Shown here: positions 49,628 to 60,300 of the stretch, one piece after another | How the letters are laid out: every line of letters starts with the position of its first letter | How positions within the stretch are numbered: position 1 is the first letter of the stretch | IMG/VR virus record: IMGVR_UViG_3300009152_000039 | Coordinates: 8,575-72,574 of that record | DNA from: a virus | DNA length: 64,000 bases | Strand: one strand, 5' to 3' | The notes under the pieces: model-generated | Database searches by the model: none | What the model saw: the letters and a program-made list of their open reading frames with translations, nothing else | Told to the model about the DNA's origin: nothing | Position numbers and translations under genes: made by a program

Positions 49628-50371
49628 ATGGCCGTTCCAACAACCAGAGCAGCATTTAAAGAATACTGTCTCAGAAAACTGGGTAAACCAGTGATTGAGA
49701 TCAATGTTGATGATGATCAAGTGGAAGACCGTATTGACGAGTCACTTAAATATTACTACGACTATCATTTTGATGGGTCGGAAAGAATTTACTACAAGCA
49801 CACAATTACATCAACTGATGTAACAAACAAATACATCACGCTCCCAGAAAACATTATCGGTGCTGTCAGGATCTTCAATCTTGGTGACCCCATGGTTACT
49901 AATAACCTGTTTGATATCAGGTATCAGATTGCTCTAAACGACCTGTACACTCTCACTTCCGTTTCTATGGTTCCATATTATATGGCATTTCAGCACATCC
50001 AGTTGATGGAGCAAATGTTAGTTGGCCAACAGCCAATTAGATATAATAGACACACAAACAAACTATATGTGGACATGGATTGGGAGTATAAAGCAAAAGT
50101 TGGATACTTTTTAATTGTTGAGGCCTATGAGATTGTTGATCCTGAAGTGTATACAGATGCATGGGGAGATAGATGGCTTCAAGAGTATTGTACGGAAAAA
50201 ATCAAGTATCAATGGGGAACTAATCTAAGCAAGTTCAACGGAATGCAGCTTCCTGGTGGTGTCACGTTCAACGGACAGAATATCAAACAAGAGGCTGATG
50301 CTGCTATTGATAAGTTGGAAAAGGAAATGATTACTTCCTATTCCTTGCCGGTAATGGATATGGTTGGCTGA
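49628..50371 (+). CDS. 13: neck protein gp13
   Basis: FKEYCLRKLGKPVIEINVDDDQ, QWGTNLSKF.GMQLPGGVTFNG; CATAAATA late-like promoter upstream. Confidence 0.93.
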   Translation: MAVPTTRAAFKEYCLRKLGKPVIEINVDDDQVEDRIDESLKYYYDYHFDGSERIYYKHTITSTDVTNKYITLPENIIGAVRIFNLGDPMVTNNLFDIRYQIALNDLYTLTSVSMVPYYMAFQHIQLMEQMLVGQQPIRYNRHTNKLYVDMDWEYKAKVGYFLIVEAYEIVDPEVYTDAWGDRWLQEYCTEKIKYQWGTNLSKFNGMQLPGGVTFNGQNIKQEADAAIDKLEKEMITSYSLPVMDMVG

Positions 50372-50394
50372 AAGAAAGAAATTGGGAGCATAAA

Positions 50395-51117
50395 ATTACA
50401 ACCTCACTATATTTCAATAATTTTGGTGCTAGCCAAGAACAGCTACTAATTGAAAACTTGGTAGTGGAGTCCATTAAGATATATGGACATGACCTCTATT
50501 ATCTTCCAAGGACCTTAGTTAATAGTGATGCCATCTATGGTGAGGAGACCTATTCAAGGTTTGACTCTCAGTATTTCATTGAAATGTATATTAAGAATGT
50601 TGAAGGGTTTGCTGGCCAGGGAGATTTCTTATCTAAATTTAACCTTGAGATTAGAGACCAAGTAACATTTACAGTTGCAAGACGTGTATTCTCTGAAGAA
50701 ATTGGAACTATGACCTCATTGGTTAGACCTCGTGAAGGAGACTTAATATACTTCCCGCTCAATAGAAAACTATTTGAAATTAAGTTTGTTGAGCATGAAG
50801 CTATATTCTATCAACTAGGTGCTTTGCAGACTTTTGACGTTGTTTGTGAGTTATTTGAGTATAGTAACGAGATATTTAATACAGGTATTACAGAGATTGA
50901 TGAGAAACAAAAACCACTTACTTTCAATATGTCTGATTTTGGAATCATGCTTGAAAGTGGTTTAGCTCTTACAGATGAAGAAGGATATGACTTAATTCAA
51001 GATCAGTTTGATATGAAAACACAAGATCCTATTTCTGATAACTTTGACATTCAGTCTGAGTCTGATGATATATTAGACTTTACAGAGATAGATCCGTTCA
51101 GTGAGGGGGCGTACTAG
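50395..51117 (+). CDS. 14: neck protein gp14, probable ATT start
   Basis: ESIKIYGHDLYYLPR, RPREGDLIYFP, FYQLG; conserved-looking N-terminus (TTSLYFNNFG..QEQLLIENL) upstream of the track's TTG; GGAG SD 6 nt before ATT. Confidence 0.88.
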   Translation: MTTSLYFNNFGASQEQLLIENLVVESIKIYGHDLYYLPRTLVNSDAIYGEETYSRFDSQYFIEMYIKNVEGFAGQGDFLSKFNLEIRDQVTFTVARRVFSEEIGTMTSLVRPREGDLIYFPLNRKLFEIKFVEHEAIFYQLGALQTFDVVCELFEYSNEIFNTGITEIDEKQKPLTFNMSDFGIMLESGLALTDEEGYDLIQDQFDMKTQDPISDNFDIQSESDDILDFTEIDPFSEGAY

Positions 51118-51118
51118 A

Positions 51119-51919
51119 ATGTTTGGTCAAGTTTTTTATCACGACACGCTCCGTAAGTATGTTATCCTTTTTGGAACATTGTTTAATGACGTCTACATCA
51201 GTAAGGGTGATGGAACCAATACTACTCAAACTATAAAAGTACCTATTTCGTATGGTCCCAAGCAAAAATTCTTAACAAGGTTAGAACAAGATCCTAATCT
51301 TAACAAGCCAGTTGCTATACAGCTTCCTAGAATGGGATTTGAACTGTTAGATATCAGCTATGCTGCTGAGAGAAAGTTACCAACAGTTAACAAGATATCT
51401 GTGGTAAATGCAAGTAATCCAAACAAACTTACGTATCAATATATGCCTGTTCCGTATGATTTAAATTTTGATCTGCATATTATGGTAAAGCAAGCAAGAG
51501 ATGGTACAAGAATTCTTGAGCAGATTCTCCCTTTCTTTACACCAGAGTGGACGGCAACGTTAAATCTTGATTCCACTATGCAGCACAAATATGATGTACC
51601 AGTAATTTTAAACTCAGTTAAATCAGAAGATACATATACTGGCAACTTCATGGAACGGAGAGCCATTACTTGGACTCTGTCATTTACCATGAAGGGTTAT
51701 ATTTTTGGTCCTACAAGATCTCAAAAAATTATTAAGAATACGGGCATCAATCTGTACAATGTTGCAACAGATATCAATATTGATGATGCAGTCGGAAACA
51801 CTCAAATTTATGATACTTTAACTACTATACCTTCTGTTGTTGGCAAGACCCTTGCGCAAGTGGAAGCGGATGATGATTATGCAATTACCCAAACAATTGA
51901 GCAATTCTATGATCAATGA
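51119..51919 (+). CDS. 15: tail sheath stabiliser/terminator gp15
   Basis: FYHDTLRKYVILFGTLFND, VPISYGPKQKFL, LPRMGFE, EQILPFF.P. Confidence 0.93.
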   Translation: MFGQVFYHDTLRKYVILFGTLFNDVYISKGDGTNTTQTIKVPISYGPKQKFLTRLEQDPNLNKPVAIQLPRMGFELLDISYAAERKLPTVNKISVVNASNPNKLTYQYMPVPYDLNFDLHIMVKQARDGTRILEQILPFFTPEWTATLNLDSTMQHKYDVPVILNSVKSEDTYTGNFMERRAITWTLSFTMKGYIFGPTRSQKIIKNTGINLYNVATDINIDDAVGNTQIYDTLTTIPSVVGKTLAQVEADDDYAITQTIEQFYDQ

Positions 51920-52292
51920 TACTATTGGTAATGCTTTGGATCTAACTCCAATCCAGGAGGTACTGCCCAAAGCCAAAAGAGAATCTATTGACGCTGTTAC
52001 CGACTATCAGTATGCACGCGGTAACATGCTTAACATTCTTGAGAAGGGTAATCAGGCACTTGATGGAATGTTAGATGTTGCAGATCAATCTCAGCATCCT
52101 AGAGCCTATGAAGTTGTAGCAACTCTCATAAAGACTCTTGCCGATACTAACAAGGACCTAATAGAGTTAGCTAAGAAGACTAAAGAGCTTGAAAAGATGG
52201 ACGGGGTTGATGCACCTCAAACTATAAATAATAACTTGTTTGTTGGATCCACTGTTGAACTTCAAAAATTATTGAAACAATCTAATGAGTAA
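51909..52292 (+). CDS. 16: terminase small subunit gp16
   Basis: DYQYARGN, HPRAYEV, NNNLFVGSTVELQKLL. Confidence 0.9.
   Translation: MINDTIGNALDLTPIQEVLPKAKRESIDAVTDYQYARGNMLNILEKGNQALDGMLDVADQSQHPRAYEVVATLIKTLADTNKDLIELAKKTKELEKMDGVDAPQTINNNLFVGSTVELQKLLKQSNE
52223..52230 (+). promoter_or_regulatory. T4-type late promoter inside gene 16, upstream of gene 17
   Basis: TATAAATA 55 nt before the gp17 ATG. Confidence 0.45.
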
Positions 52293-53967
52293 AAGTGAGA
52301 TATATCTAGGCAATAAAAATCTTAAACGTGCTAATGTACCAATTGAATTTACAAAAGAACAGATTCAAGAATACGTAAAGTGTGCAAGAGACCAGTTGTA
52401 TTTTATTGAAAAGTATGTTAAAATAGTCAACGTTGACAGAGGACTTATATCCTTTGATCCTTACGAATATCAAAAAGACATTGTAAGACTGTTTGAGAGA
52501 GAGCGTTTTGTTATATGTAAGATGCCGCGTCAGGTTGGTAAGACCACCATTGTTGTAGGCATCATATTGCATGCTGCTTTGTTTAACGAGAACTATCGTA
52601 TTGCTATTCTTGCTAATAAAGAGAAGCAAGCACATGAGATATTATCCAGAATTCAGTTAGCTTATGAGCACCTTCCTAAATGGTTACAGCAAGGTGTTAT
52701 TGAATGGAATAAAGGTAGTATTGAGTTGGAGAATGGATCAAAGATCCAAGCGGAACCAACAGGATCTTCAGCAATTCGTGGTACGTCTCAGAACCTTGTA
52801 TATCTAGATGAGTTTGCTTTTGTACCCAACAACATACAAGAGAGCTTCTTTTCTTCTGTTTACCCTACTATTTCGTCCGGTACAACGACAAAGGTGTTGA
52901 TAACATCAACTCCTAATGGATTGAATCTATTCTACAAGCTGTGGATTGATAGTGAAAACGATCGCAATTCCTACAAGAGAATTGATGTTCATTGGTCAGA
53001 TGTTCCAGGTAGAGATGAGAAGTGGAAAGAAGAGACTATTAGGAATACGTCTAAAGAACAGTTTAGACAAGAGTTTGAGTGTGAATTCCTTGGTTCGTCT
53101 AACACCCTCATCTCACCGGAAGTGCTAAGAAGGTTGGTGTTCCACCCTCCAATACATCAGAATGAATTCCTTAAAGTATATACTGAACCTCTACAAGGTA
53201 GATTATACATCATGTCGGTGGATGTGTCAAGAGGTTTAGGTGGAGATTATTCAGCTTTTATTATTTGGGATATAACTGAAGCACCATATAAGACAGTAGC
53301 TGTCTACAAAAACAATAACATATCACCGTTAATGTTTCCGGAAGTAATATATTCAGCATGCAAAAGATACAATTATTGCTATGCTTTAATAGAAACAAAT
53401 GATCTTGGTCAGCAAGTTGCTGATATCCTTCACGAAGAGCTTGAGTATGAAAACATTATTTATACTCAAAAGACTACAAAAGGTGCAGTAGAAATATCAC
53501 AAGGATTTAAAGCTGGTGCAGTCAAAGGTGTAAGAACTACCAAAGCAACTAAGAAAGTTGGCTGCAATAACTTCAAAGCATTAGTAGAGAATGATAAGGT
53601 TGAGTTGGTAGATATAGATCTTATATCTGAGTTGTATAGATTTGTCAGCAATGGTAATACGTATGAGGCTGAAGATGGAAATGATGACTTGGCTATGTGT
53701 GGGGTACTGTTTGGCTGGATGATGACGCAAAGCTTTATTAAAGAGATAACCAACCTAGACATACGTCAGCGAATATTACTACAGCAGCAAAATGCAATAA
53801 ATGATGAACTTCTTCCTTTTGGCATAATAGAAGATGGCCATCCAGAATTAGAGGAGCTTCCCTTAACTAGGGATCTACTTCAACAGATGCTTTTTCCTAA
53901 TGAAAAAACAAAAGAATACATGGAAAAGCTTCAAGAATATGCCGCAGATAAACAATATTATAAATAG
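52285..53967 (+). CDS. 17: terminase large subunit gp17
   Basis: Walker A PRQVGKTT, YLDEFAF, ITSTPNG, QEFECEF, DVSRGLGGDYS, DDLAM. Confidence 0.96.
   Translation: MSKSEIYLGNKNLKRANVPIEFTKEQIQEYVKCARDQLYFIEKYVKIVNVDRGLISFDPYEYQKDIVRLFERERFVICKMPRQVGKTTIVVGIILHAALFNENYRIAILANKEKQAHEILSRIQLAYEHLPKWLQQGVIEWNKGSIELENGSKIQAEPTGSSAIRGTSQNLVYLDEFAFVPNNIQESFFSSVYPTISSGTTTKVLITSTPNGLNLFYKLWIDSENDRNSYKRIDVHWSDVPGRDEKWKEETIRNTSKEQFRQEFECEFLGSSNTLISPEVLRRLVFHPPIHQNEFLKVYTEPLQGRLYIMSVDVSRGLGGDYSAFIIWDITEAPYKTVAVYKNNNISPLMFPEVIYSACKRYNYCYALIETNDLGQQVADILHEELEYENIIYTQKTTKGAVEISQGFKAGAVKGVRTTKATKKVGCNNFKALVENDKVELVDIDLISELYRFVSNGNTYEAEDGNDDLAMCGVLFGWMMTQSFIKEITNLDIRQRILLQQQNAINDELLPFGIIEDGHPELEELPLTRDLLQQMLFPNEKTKEYMEKLQEYAADKQYYK
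53959..53966 (+). promoter_or_regulatory. T4-type late promoter for genes 18-19
   Basis: TATAAATA 30 nt before the gp18 ATG. Confidence 0.8.
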
Positions 53968-53996
53968 AAAGAAACTCTAGTCTTTAGGAGAACAAA

Positions 53997-56339
53997 ATGG
54001 CATTTCAAGTTAGTCCTGGCGTAAACGTTTCTGAAATTGACTTAACCACAGTTGTACCTGCCGTATCCACATCGGTTGGTGCTGTTGCTGGTGTCTTTAA
54101 GTGGGGTCCTGTTGGTCAAAGAACCCTTGTCAGCTCAGAAATTGAATTGGTATCCAAGTTTGGTAAACCAACAAATCACAATCCCGAAACATTCTTTACA
54201 GCTGCAAACTTCTTAGCATATGGTAATGCTTTGTATGTTGCAAGAGCTGGCAACACAGTACCTAATACTGCTTTTGCAAACTGTACAACAGCAAATAATA
54301 GCGCTAATATTACTGTAGTTAGTACTACAAGTATTCAAGCGGGTATGAAAATTAATGGCTTAACAACTATACCCGACAGTACATTAGTTGCATCAGTTAC
54401 TAACTCTACATCTTTTGTTGCTGCCGTAGCTGCTAACGGTGTAGCATCAGCTGTAAACACTTATTTCTACAGCTCCAATTCAGTTCTCAGTGCTATTGCA
54501 AATGTTGGTTCTGTTGTTAACTTTGCTGCAACAAGTACTGTTAAAAATAGTAATACATACGAACAACTAACGTTTAGCGATACTGATCTTCTGTACATAG
54601 CTCGTTGGCCAGGTGATCTTGGTAACTCGTTGAAAATTTCTGTATGTGACAGTGTAAATGCGTATAGTAAAACAATTGGATTGAATATAGGTATAAATGC
54701 AACAGCAACATTTATAACTTCAAACTCAAGTTTGCAAACTGCTAATCTCAACACTGTTTCAATGAGTTTAGCTGTTGGAAATAATCAACTCACTTTCTTT
54801 ACATCTAATACATCTTTTGGTTCTAATACAGAAGCTAATACTGCAATGGCTGCTATGCTAGCACTCTTTCAACTTAATGATATTATTGAAGTTGGTAATA
54901 CCTCCATTGGTAAGCAATACTTAAAGATTACAAGTCTTCCAGCGGCAATGGGAACAAATTCGAGCTTTTCTAACTCAACTGCTAAATTCTTTACATTGAC
55001 TTTAGATAATCAACTGCAACTAGCAGCTAACGTGAATGCTAATACATTTTTAGCAACAAATACTTTCACAAAATACTGGGAGTATTTCAACGTGGTTGAT
55101 AAAGCTCCAGGAGTCTCTAGTTACCAAGCTTCGCAAGGTAATACTTCGGCTGTAGATGAGATTCATGTAGTGGTTGCTGATGAAGATGGTAAATTCTCTG
55201 GTGTTCCAGGTACAGTGCTGGAAGTGTACAGAGGTCTATCACGTGCAACTGATGCAAAAACAACAGATGGAACTGGTAACTACTATAAAACAGTAATTAA
55301 TGAAAGTAGCCAGTATATTTGGTGGGCAAACCATAGATCAGGTGTGCCTGGAAATACAGCATTAAATATTGCTTCTGTGGATACTAATCCTCTATCAACA
55401 TCCTTTAGTCTTGGTCAAGATGGGGATGATGAGAATGACAATCCTCTCAACAACACACTAGCTGCCTATGATTTATTCGCATCACCTGAGGATGTTGATG
55501 TCTCTTTACTCCTAACTGGCAAATCCAAAGGTGGTACAAACGGTGAACAGAAAGCAAACTATCTAGTAGATAATATTGCTGAAGTGCGTAAAGATTGCAT
55601 TGTACTTGCTTCTCCAGATAAGGATGACGTCGTTAATAACTCAAACCAAGATGAAGCTCAGGACACTGTTGACTTTAGAAACTCATGCCGTTCGTCTTCG
55701 TATCTGGTCATTGATTCTGGTTACAAATATCAGTACGACAAATATAACGATCTATTCCGTTGGGTTCCACTAAACGGTGACATTGCTGGTCTATGCGTAC
55801 GTACAGATTCTACAAGAGATCCTTGGTTCTCTCCTGCTGGTTTCAACAGAGGTCAGATCAAGAACGTTGTCAAACTAGCTTATAATCCAGATAAAGCAGA
55901 TCGTGACTTGCTGTATAAGAATGGTGTCAACCCAGTTGCCACATTCCCAGGTCAAGGTACAGTTCTATTTGGGGACAAAACGGCTCTATCAAAACCAAGT
56001 GCGTTTGATCGTATCAATGTTCGTAGACTGTTTATTGTCCTAGAAAAAGCAATTGCAACTGCTGCCAAGTTCTCTCTATTTGAATTCAACGATGAGTTTA
56101 CCAGAGCACAGTTTGTAGCGCTTGTTGAGCCTTTCCTTAGAGACGTACAAGGCCGTAGAGGTATCTACGATTACAGAGTCGTGTGCGACACATCGAATAA
56201 TACTGGCGAAGTAATTGACAGGAATGAATTTGTAGGAGATATATACGTTAAGCCAGCCAAATCGATTAACTTTATCCAACTCAACTTTGTTGCAGTAAGA
56301 ACAGGTGTTGCGTTTGACGAAGTAGTCGGTAAGTTTTAA
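53997..56339 (+). CDS. 18: tail sheath protein gp18 with N/T/S-rich insertions
   Basis: VSPGVNVSEIDLT, WFSPAGFNRG, FDRINVRRLF, FEFNDEFTR, KPAKSINFI. Confidence 0.96.
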   Translation: MAFQVSPGVNVSEIDLTTVVPAVSTSVGAVAGVFKWGPVGQRTLVSSEIELVSKFGKPTNHNPETFFTAANFLAYGNALYVARAGNTVPNTAFANCTTANNSANITVVSTTSIQAGMKINGLTTIPDSTLVASVTNSTSFVAAVAANGVASAVNTYFYSSNSVLSAIANVGSVVNFAATSTVKNSNTYEQLTFSDTDLLYIARWPGDLGNSLKISVCDSVNAYSKTIGLNIGINATATFITSNSSLQTANLNTVSMSLAVGNNQLTFFTSNTSFGSNTEANTAMAAMLALFQLNDIIEVGNTSIGKQYLKITSLPAAMGTNSSFSNSTAKFFTLTLDNQLQLAANVNANTFLATNTFTKYWEYFNVVDKAPGVSSYQASQGNTSAVDEIHVVVADEDGKFSGVPGTVLEVYRGLSRATDAKTTDGTGNYYKTVINESSQYIWWANHRSGVPGNTALNIASVDTNPLSTSFSLGQDGDDENDNPLNNTLAAYDLFASPEDVDVSLLLTGKSKGGTNGEQKANYLVDNIAEVRKDCIVLASPDKDDVVNNSNQDEAQDTVDFRNSCRSSSYLVIDSGYKYQYDKYNDLFRWVPLNGDIAGLCVRTDSTRDPWFSPAGFNRGQIKNVVKLAYNPDKADRDLLYKNGVNPVATFPGQGTVLFGDKTALSKPSAFDRINVRRLFIVLEKAIATAAKFSLFEFNDEFTRAQFVALVEPFLRDVQGRRGIYDYRVVCDTSNNTGEVIDRNEFVGDIYVKPAKSINFIQLNFVAVRTGVAFDEVVGKF

Positions 56340-56355
56340 TTAAGGAGAATAGTAA

Positions 56356-56868
56356 ATGGCTTTCAGTATTAATTCCTTTAAATCGCTAGTAAGCACTACC
56401 GATTTTGCAAGACCAGCTCTATTCCAGGTGTTTATTTCCACTCCACCTGGAGTAACTCCCCTAATCCCTTTCAGCCCGTTCTTAGTTCGTTCTGCTAGCT
56501 TACCAGCTTCTCAAGTTGGTCAAGTGTCCATTCCTTATGGTGGTAGAACAATTAAGATTGCAGGTGAGAGACAATATGGCGATTGGTCGACTACAGTTAT
56601 GAATGATGAAGGTTTTATTGTTCGTAACGCCGTTGAACAATGGATTGATATTATCAACCAAAGAACAACAAACTTCAGAGCTTTCCCTAACGAGTATAAG
56701 GTTGATTTAACAGTAACCCAGTACTCTAAGAAAGGTCCAGCTCCATTGAAACTTGTTAAGCTAGTAGGATGCTTTCCTACAGCAATCGGTGAGATCGCTC
56801 TTGATTGGGCCTCTGATGATGCAATTGAAGAATTTAGTATTACATGGTCTTACGACTACTGGGAATGA
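56356..56868 (+). CDS. 19: tail tube protein gp19
   Basis: ARPALF, SASLPAS, GRTIKIAGER, NDEGF, FPTAIGEIALDW, EEFSITWSYDYW. Confidence 0.93.
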   Translation: MAFSINSFKSLVSTTDFARPALFQVFISTPPGVTPLIPFSPFLVRSASLPASQVGQVSIPYGGRTIKIAGERQYGDWSTTVMNDEGFIVRNAVEQWIDIINQRTTNFRAFPNEYKVDLTVTQYSKKGPAPLKLVKLVGCFPTAIGEIALDWASDDAIEEFSITWSYDYWE

Positions 56869-56871
56869 AAT

Positions 56872-56897
56872 GAGAGGGGCTGAAAGGCCCCTCTTCT
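56872..56897 (+). terminator. intrinsic terminator/hairpin after gene 19
   Basis: agaggggct-gaaa-ggcccctct GNRA hairpin. Confidence 0.7.
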
Positions 56898-56911
56898 AAC
56901 AAGAGGATAAT

Positions 56912-58432
56912 ATGGCCAGTTTGTTTGGATTTGAGTTTAAAAAACGAGTAGCTGAAGAAGAACCAGCATCATTTGCACCTCCAGTTAACGATGATGGTGC
57001 TGTAACGGTAGCTGCTGGTGGATCTTACGGTACGTTTGTAGATTTAGAAGGCACTGCTAGAACTGAGGCAGAGCTTGTTACTAGATATAGAGATATGTCT
57101 ATTGTAGCTGATGTTGAGCGTGCAGTAGATGAGATTGTCAATGAATGTATCGTGTCAGAGATTAAAGATCAAATTGTTCAGATCAACTTAGACAAGTTAC
57201 AGTACCCAGATAATATCAAACAACTTATAGCTGTAGAGTTTGAAAATATTAAGAGCTTGTTGAATTTTGAAAACCAGGCATATGAGATTTTCAGAAAGTG
57301 GTATGTTGATGGTAGACTATACTATCACGTAATTATTGATGATGCAAATCCAAGGCTTGGTATCAAAGAGATCAGAAATATTGATCCACGAAAGATTAGA
57401 AAGGTCCGTGAGCAGAAGAAGAAACGTGATCCTAAATCTAGTGCAATGATTATTCAGAATCAAAAAGAATACTTCATGTACAATGAGAAGGGATATAATG
57501 CTCAGGGTATTGGTAGTGGTCATGCAGCTTATTCTGCAAGTGGTGTAAAAATTGCAAAGGACTCAATTGTCCATTGTGTGTCTGGTTTAATGGATACTAA
57601 TGGAACAATGGTCCTTTCTTATTTGCACAAAGCAATCAAACCACTCAACCAGTTAAGAGTACTTGAAGATGCAACTGTAATTTACAGAATCTCAAGAGCA
57701 CCCGAAAGAAGAATATTTTATATTGACGTTGGTAATCTACCGAAGATGAAAGCCGAGCAGTATCTTCGAGATATGATGGTTCGTCATAAAAATCGGCTTG
57801 TATATGACGCAACAACTGGTGAAGTGAGAGACGATAGAAAATTCATGACGATGTTAGAGGACTATTGGCTTCCTCGTCGTGAAGGTGGTAAAGGAACAGA
57901 GATCACAACTCTACCAGCAGGTGAAAATCTTGGTAAGATGGAAGATGTTGAATACTTCCAAAAGAAATTATTCCAGTCTCTTAATGTTCCAGTTACAAGG
58001 TTGCAGACAGACCAAATCTATTCGATTGGTAAAGCAACAGAGATTACTCGTGATGAAGTAAAGTTTAGTAAGTTTATTAATAGACTAAGAAATAGATTTT
58101 CTGTTATATTCCTCAAGTGTCTTGAAAAACAACTTGTACTAAAAGGTATTGTTACTACAGAAGACTGGAAAGTACTATCACAGTCAATTAATTTTGAGTT
58201 TGCTAGTGACGAATACTATCAAGAGTTGAAAGACACTGAGATGTATATGTCAAGAGTAAATGCTGCTAATGGCCTTGCTCCATACATTGGTAAATATTAT
58301 TCTCATGCTTGGGTTAGAAAGAATATATTTAAGCAGTCCATGGAAGATATGACAGAGCAGGATGCAGGAATTGTCGGAGAGTACAAAAATCAAGTACTCT
58401 ACCCACCAGCACCTGAGCAACCGCAACAATAA
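56912..58432 (+). CDS. 20: portal protein gp20
   Basis: WYVDGR, YLHKAIKPLNQLR..EDA.VIYRISRAPERRIFYIDVGNLPK, EDYWLPRREGGKGTEITTLP. Confidence 0.97.
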   Translation: MASLFGFEFKKRVAEEEPASFAPPVNDDGAVTVAAGGSYGTFVDLEGTARTEAELVTRYRDMSIVADVERAVDEIVNECIVSEIKDQIVQINLDKLQYPDNIKQLIAVEFENIKSLLNFENQAYEIFRKWYVDGRLYYHVIIDDANPRLGIKEIRNIDPRKIRKVREQKKKRDPKSSAMIIQNQKEYFMYNEKGYNAQGIGSGHAAYSASGVKIAKDSIVHCVSGLMDTNGTMVLSYLHKAIKPLNQLRVLEDATVIYRISRAPERRIFYIDVGNLPKMKAEQYLRDMMVRHKNRLVYDATTGEVRDDRKFMTMLEDYWLPRREGGKGTEITTLPAGENLGKMEDVEYFQKKLFQSLNVPVTRLQTDQIYSIGKATEITRDEVKFSKFINRLRNRFSVIFLKCLEKQLVLKGIVTTEDWKVLSQSINFEFASDEYYQELKDTEMYMSRVNAANGLAPYIGKYYSHAWVRKNIFKQSMEDMTEQDAGIVGEYKNQVLYPPAPEQPQQ

Positions 58433-58443
58433 ATATAGGAGAT

Positions 58444-58683
58444 ATGATGGAAGTCGATACACCACAATATGAATTGAGTGACCTAGTAAGATATTCTTAT
58501 GAAGGTCAACCTGCCAAAGTGCAGGATGTATTTAATGAGTTGATGATGGGTAGAATGTACGATGCCATCCAACAAAAGAAGGTCGAGGTGGCTCAGAATT
58601 TCTTTGGTCAGCAACAAGCTGATGCAGAGGATTATGACACTGACCAATACGAAGAAGAGGACGAAGATGGCCAAGACGCTTAA
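58444..58683 (+). CDS. prohead core protein (gp67-like)
   Basis: Small acidic ORF directly after the portal gene. Confidence 0.6.
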   Translation: MMEVDTPQYELSDLVRYSYEGQPAKVQDVFNELMMGRMYDAIQQKKVEVAQNFFGQQQADAEDYDTDQYEEEDEDGQDA

Positions 58684-59344
58684 GGGCATTTTAGAAGTAT
58701 ACGCTCCTAGATCCAAGGATGAGAAGCGTTTCAAAGACAAGCATGTTGTTGCTAGACAGGAATTAGATGAGCCGTCAAAAGACGATGCCGTCTTCAAAGC
58801 AACAAACGTAAAGACAGTTGGTAGAGAAAAAGGTAGACATGGCTACGATGTTAACAAAGACGAGTCTGTGTACGAGTCAGTTCACTCTATGGCTCTTCAT
58901 GTTAAGCCTGTCAATGTAAATGGTAAAACCAAGTACAAGGTACATGCAGTAGGTAGTCATCTAGCTGACGGTATTAAGGTTGGGGAGCATTTGTCTGATA
59001 CAGAGCTTGATGATGCTGCTGAAATGGGTGCTAAGATCAAACATCTTAAAGAAGATACCTTGGACGAGAAGCATTTGACTCCAGCTGAAATGAAAAAGCG
59101 TGAGCAAATTGCAAAGGCTATTAAGCGTGATAATCCTAATATGCCAATGAGTAAGAAGATGGCAATTGCTACAGCCAGTGCTAAGAAAGTTGCAGAGGGG
59201 TTTGATGATGAGGATGTTGAATTACTTAATATTATTTACAACTCACTCACAGACGAAAATAAAGCTATACTAGAAGACATTGTGGAAAACAATCCTGATC
59301 AATTGCTAGAATTTTTAGATCATTTAGAGGTGCAGAATGGCTGA
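58667..59344 (+). CDS. probable prohead core/internal head protein
   Basis: Lies between gp20 and gp21; several potential gp21 sites (VYE, LKE, LDE, VAE); start at ATG 58667 with SD gagg. Confidence 0.55.
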   Translation: MAKTLKGILEVYAPRSKDEKRFKDKHVVARQELDEPSKDDAVFKATNVKTVGREKGRHGYDVNKDESVYESVHSMALHVKPVNVNGKTKYKVHAVGSHLADGIKVGEHLSDTELDDAAEMGAKIKHLKEDTLDEKHLTPAEMKKREQIAKAIKRDNPNMPMSKKMAIATASAKKVAEGFDDEDVELLNIIYNSLTDENKAILEDIVENNPDQLLEFLDHLEVQNG

Positions 59345-59633
59345 TCCATTTAAACCAATCTCGACAGAGCTCACACTTACAACTGCTAATAATATTGGTC
59401 TTGCTTCTCTTGTAAGAGTAATTAATTTAGACAGTGCAAACAGCGCTACAATTACTATTACGTCTAATACCGGTACTGTTCTAGCAACGTTTACTCTTGG
59501 CCACCATGGTACTGACTTTGGTAAAGAATATGTGGTTAAAGCACCCACCGACACTCTAAAAGCTAACAATGCTACCAATGATGGTTCTTATGCAGGCCTT
59601 GGTATCAAAGCCGTATCAGTTGCATACAGATAA
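59337..59633 (+). CDS. small hypothetical virion protein
   Basis: 98-aa beta-rich ORF, SD gagg. Confidence 0.65.
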   Translation: MADPFKPISTELTLTTANNIGLASLVRVINLDSANSATITITSNTGTVLATFTLGHHGTDFGKEYVVKAPTDTLKANNATNDGSYAGLGIKAVSVAYR

Positions 59634-59642
59634 GGAACTAGA

Positions 59643-60290
59643 ATGAATTTAATTAGCGAAGTATATGAAGGAGTTAAATTCCTTGTTGAAGAAAAAGAAG
59701 GAAAGAAGAACTTTTTCATCGAAGGTACTTTTATGGTTGCCAATCAAGGCAACAAGAACAAAAGAATTTACAAATCTGATATCTTAGAGCGCGAAGCACA
59801 AAGATATAATAAAGAGTATATCAAAGAGAACAGAGCTTTTGGTGAACTTGGTCATCCACAGGGACCAACAATTAATCTGGAGCGTGTATCTCACCTCATT
59901 ACTAGCTTGGTCAAGGAGGGTGATAACTTTATAGGCAAAGCAAAGATTATGGATACTCCTTACGGAAACATTGTTAAGAACCTCATGCAAGAAGGTGCTA
60001 CACTTGGTGTTTCTTCAAGAGGCCTAGGTTCATTAAAGATGAATAAAGAAGGATTAAACGAAGTTCAAGATGACTTCTATCTAGCAACTGCTGCTGATAT
60101 CGTTGCTGATCCTTCTGCTCCTGGTGCATTCGTAAGAGGCATTATGGAGGGTGTTGAATGGGTGTGGGATAATGGAGTTTTGAAACCTCTGCAGCTAGAG
60201 GAAATGAAGAGAACCATTCAAAAAACGTCTAGTAGAAACTTAGAAGAAGCTCAATTAAGAGTTTTTCAACAGTTTATCAGATCACTGTAA
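59643..60290 (+). CDS. 21: prohead protease gp21
   Basis: NKNKRIY, AFGELGHP, VSH, GVSSRGLGS, DIVADPSAP.AFV. Confidence 0.95.
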   Translation: MNLISEVYEGVKFLVEEKEGKKNFFIEGTFMVANQGNKNKRIYKSDILEREAQRYNKEYIKENRAFGELGHPQGPTINLERVSHLITSLVKEGDNFIGKAKIMDTPYGNIVKNLMQEGATLGVSSRGLGSLKMNKEGLNEVQDDFYLATAADIVADPSAPGAFVRGIMEGVEWVWDNGVLKPLQLEEMKRTIQKTSSRNLEEAQLRVFQQFIRSL

Positions 60291-60300
60291 ATTTTTAAAA

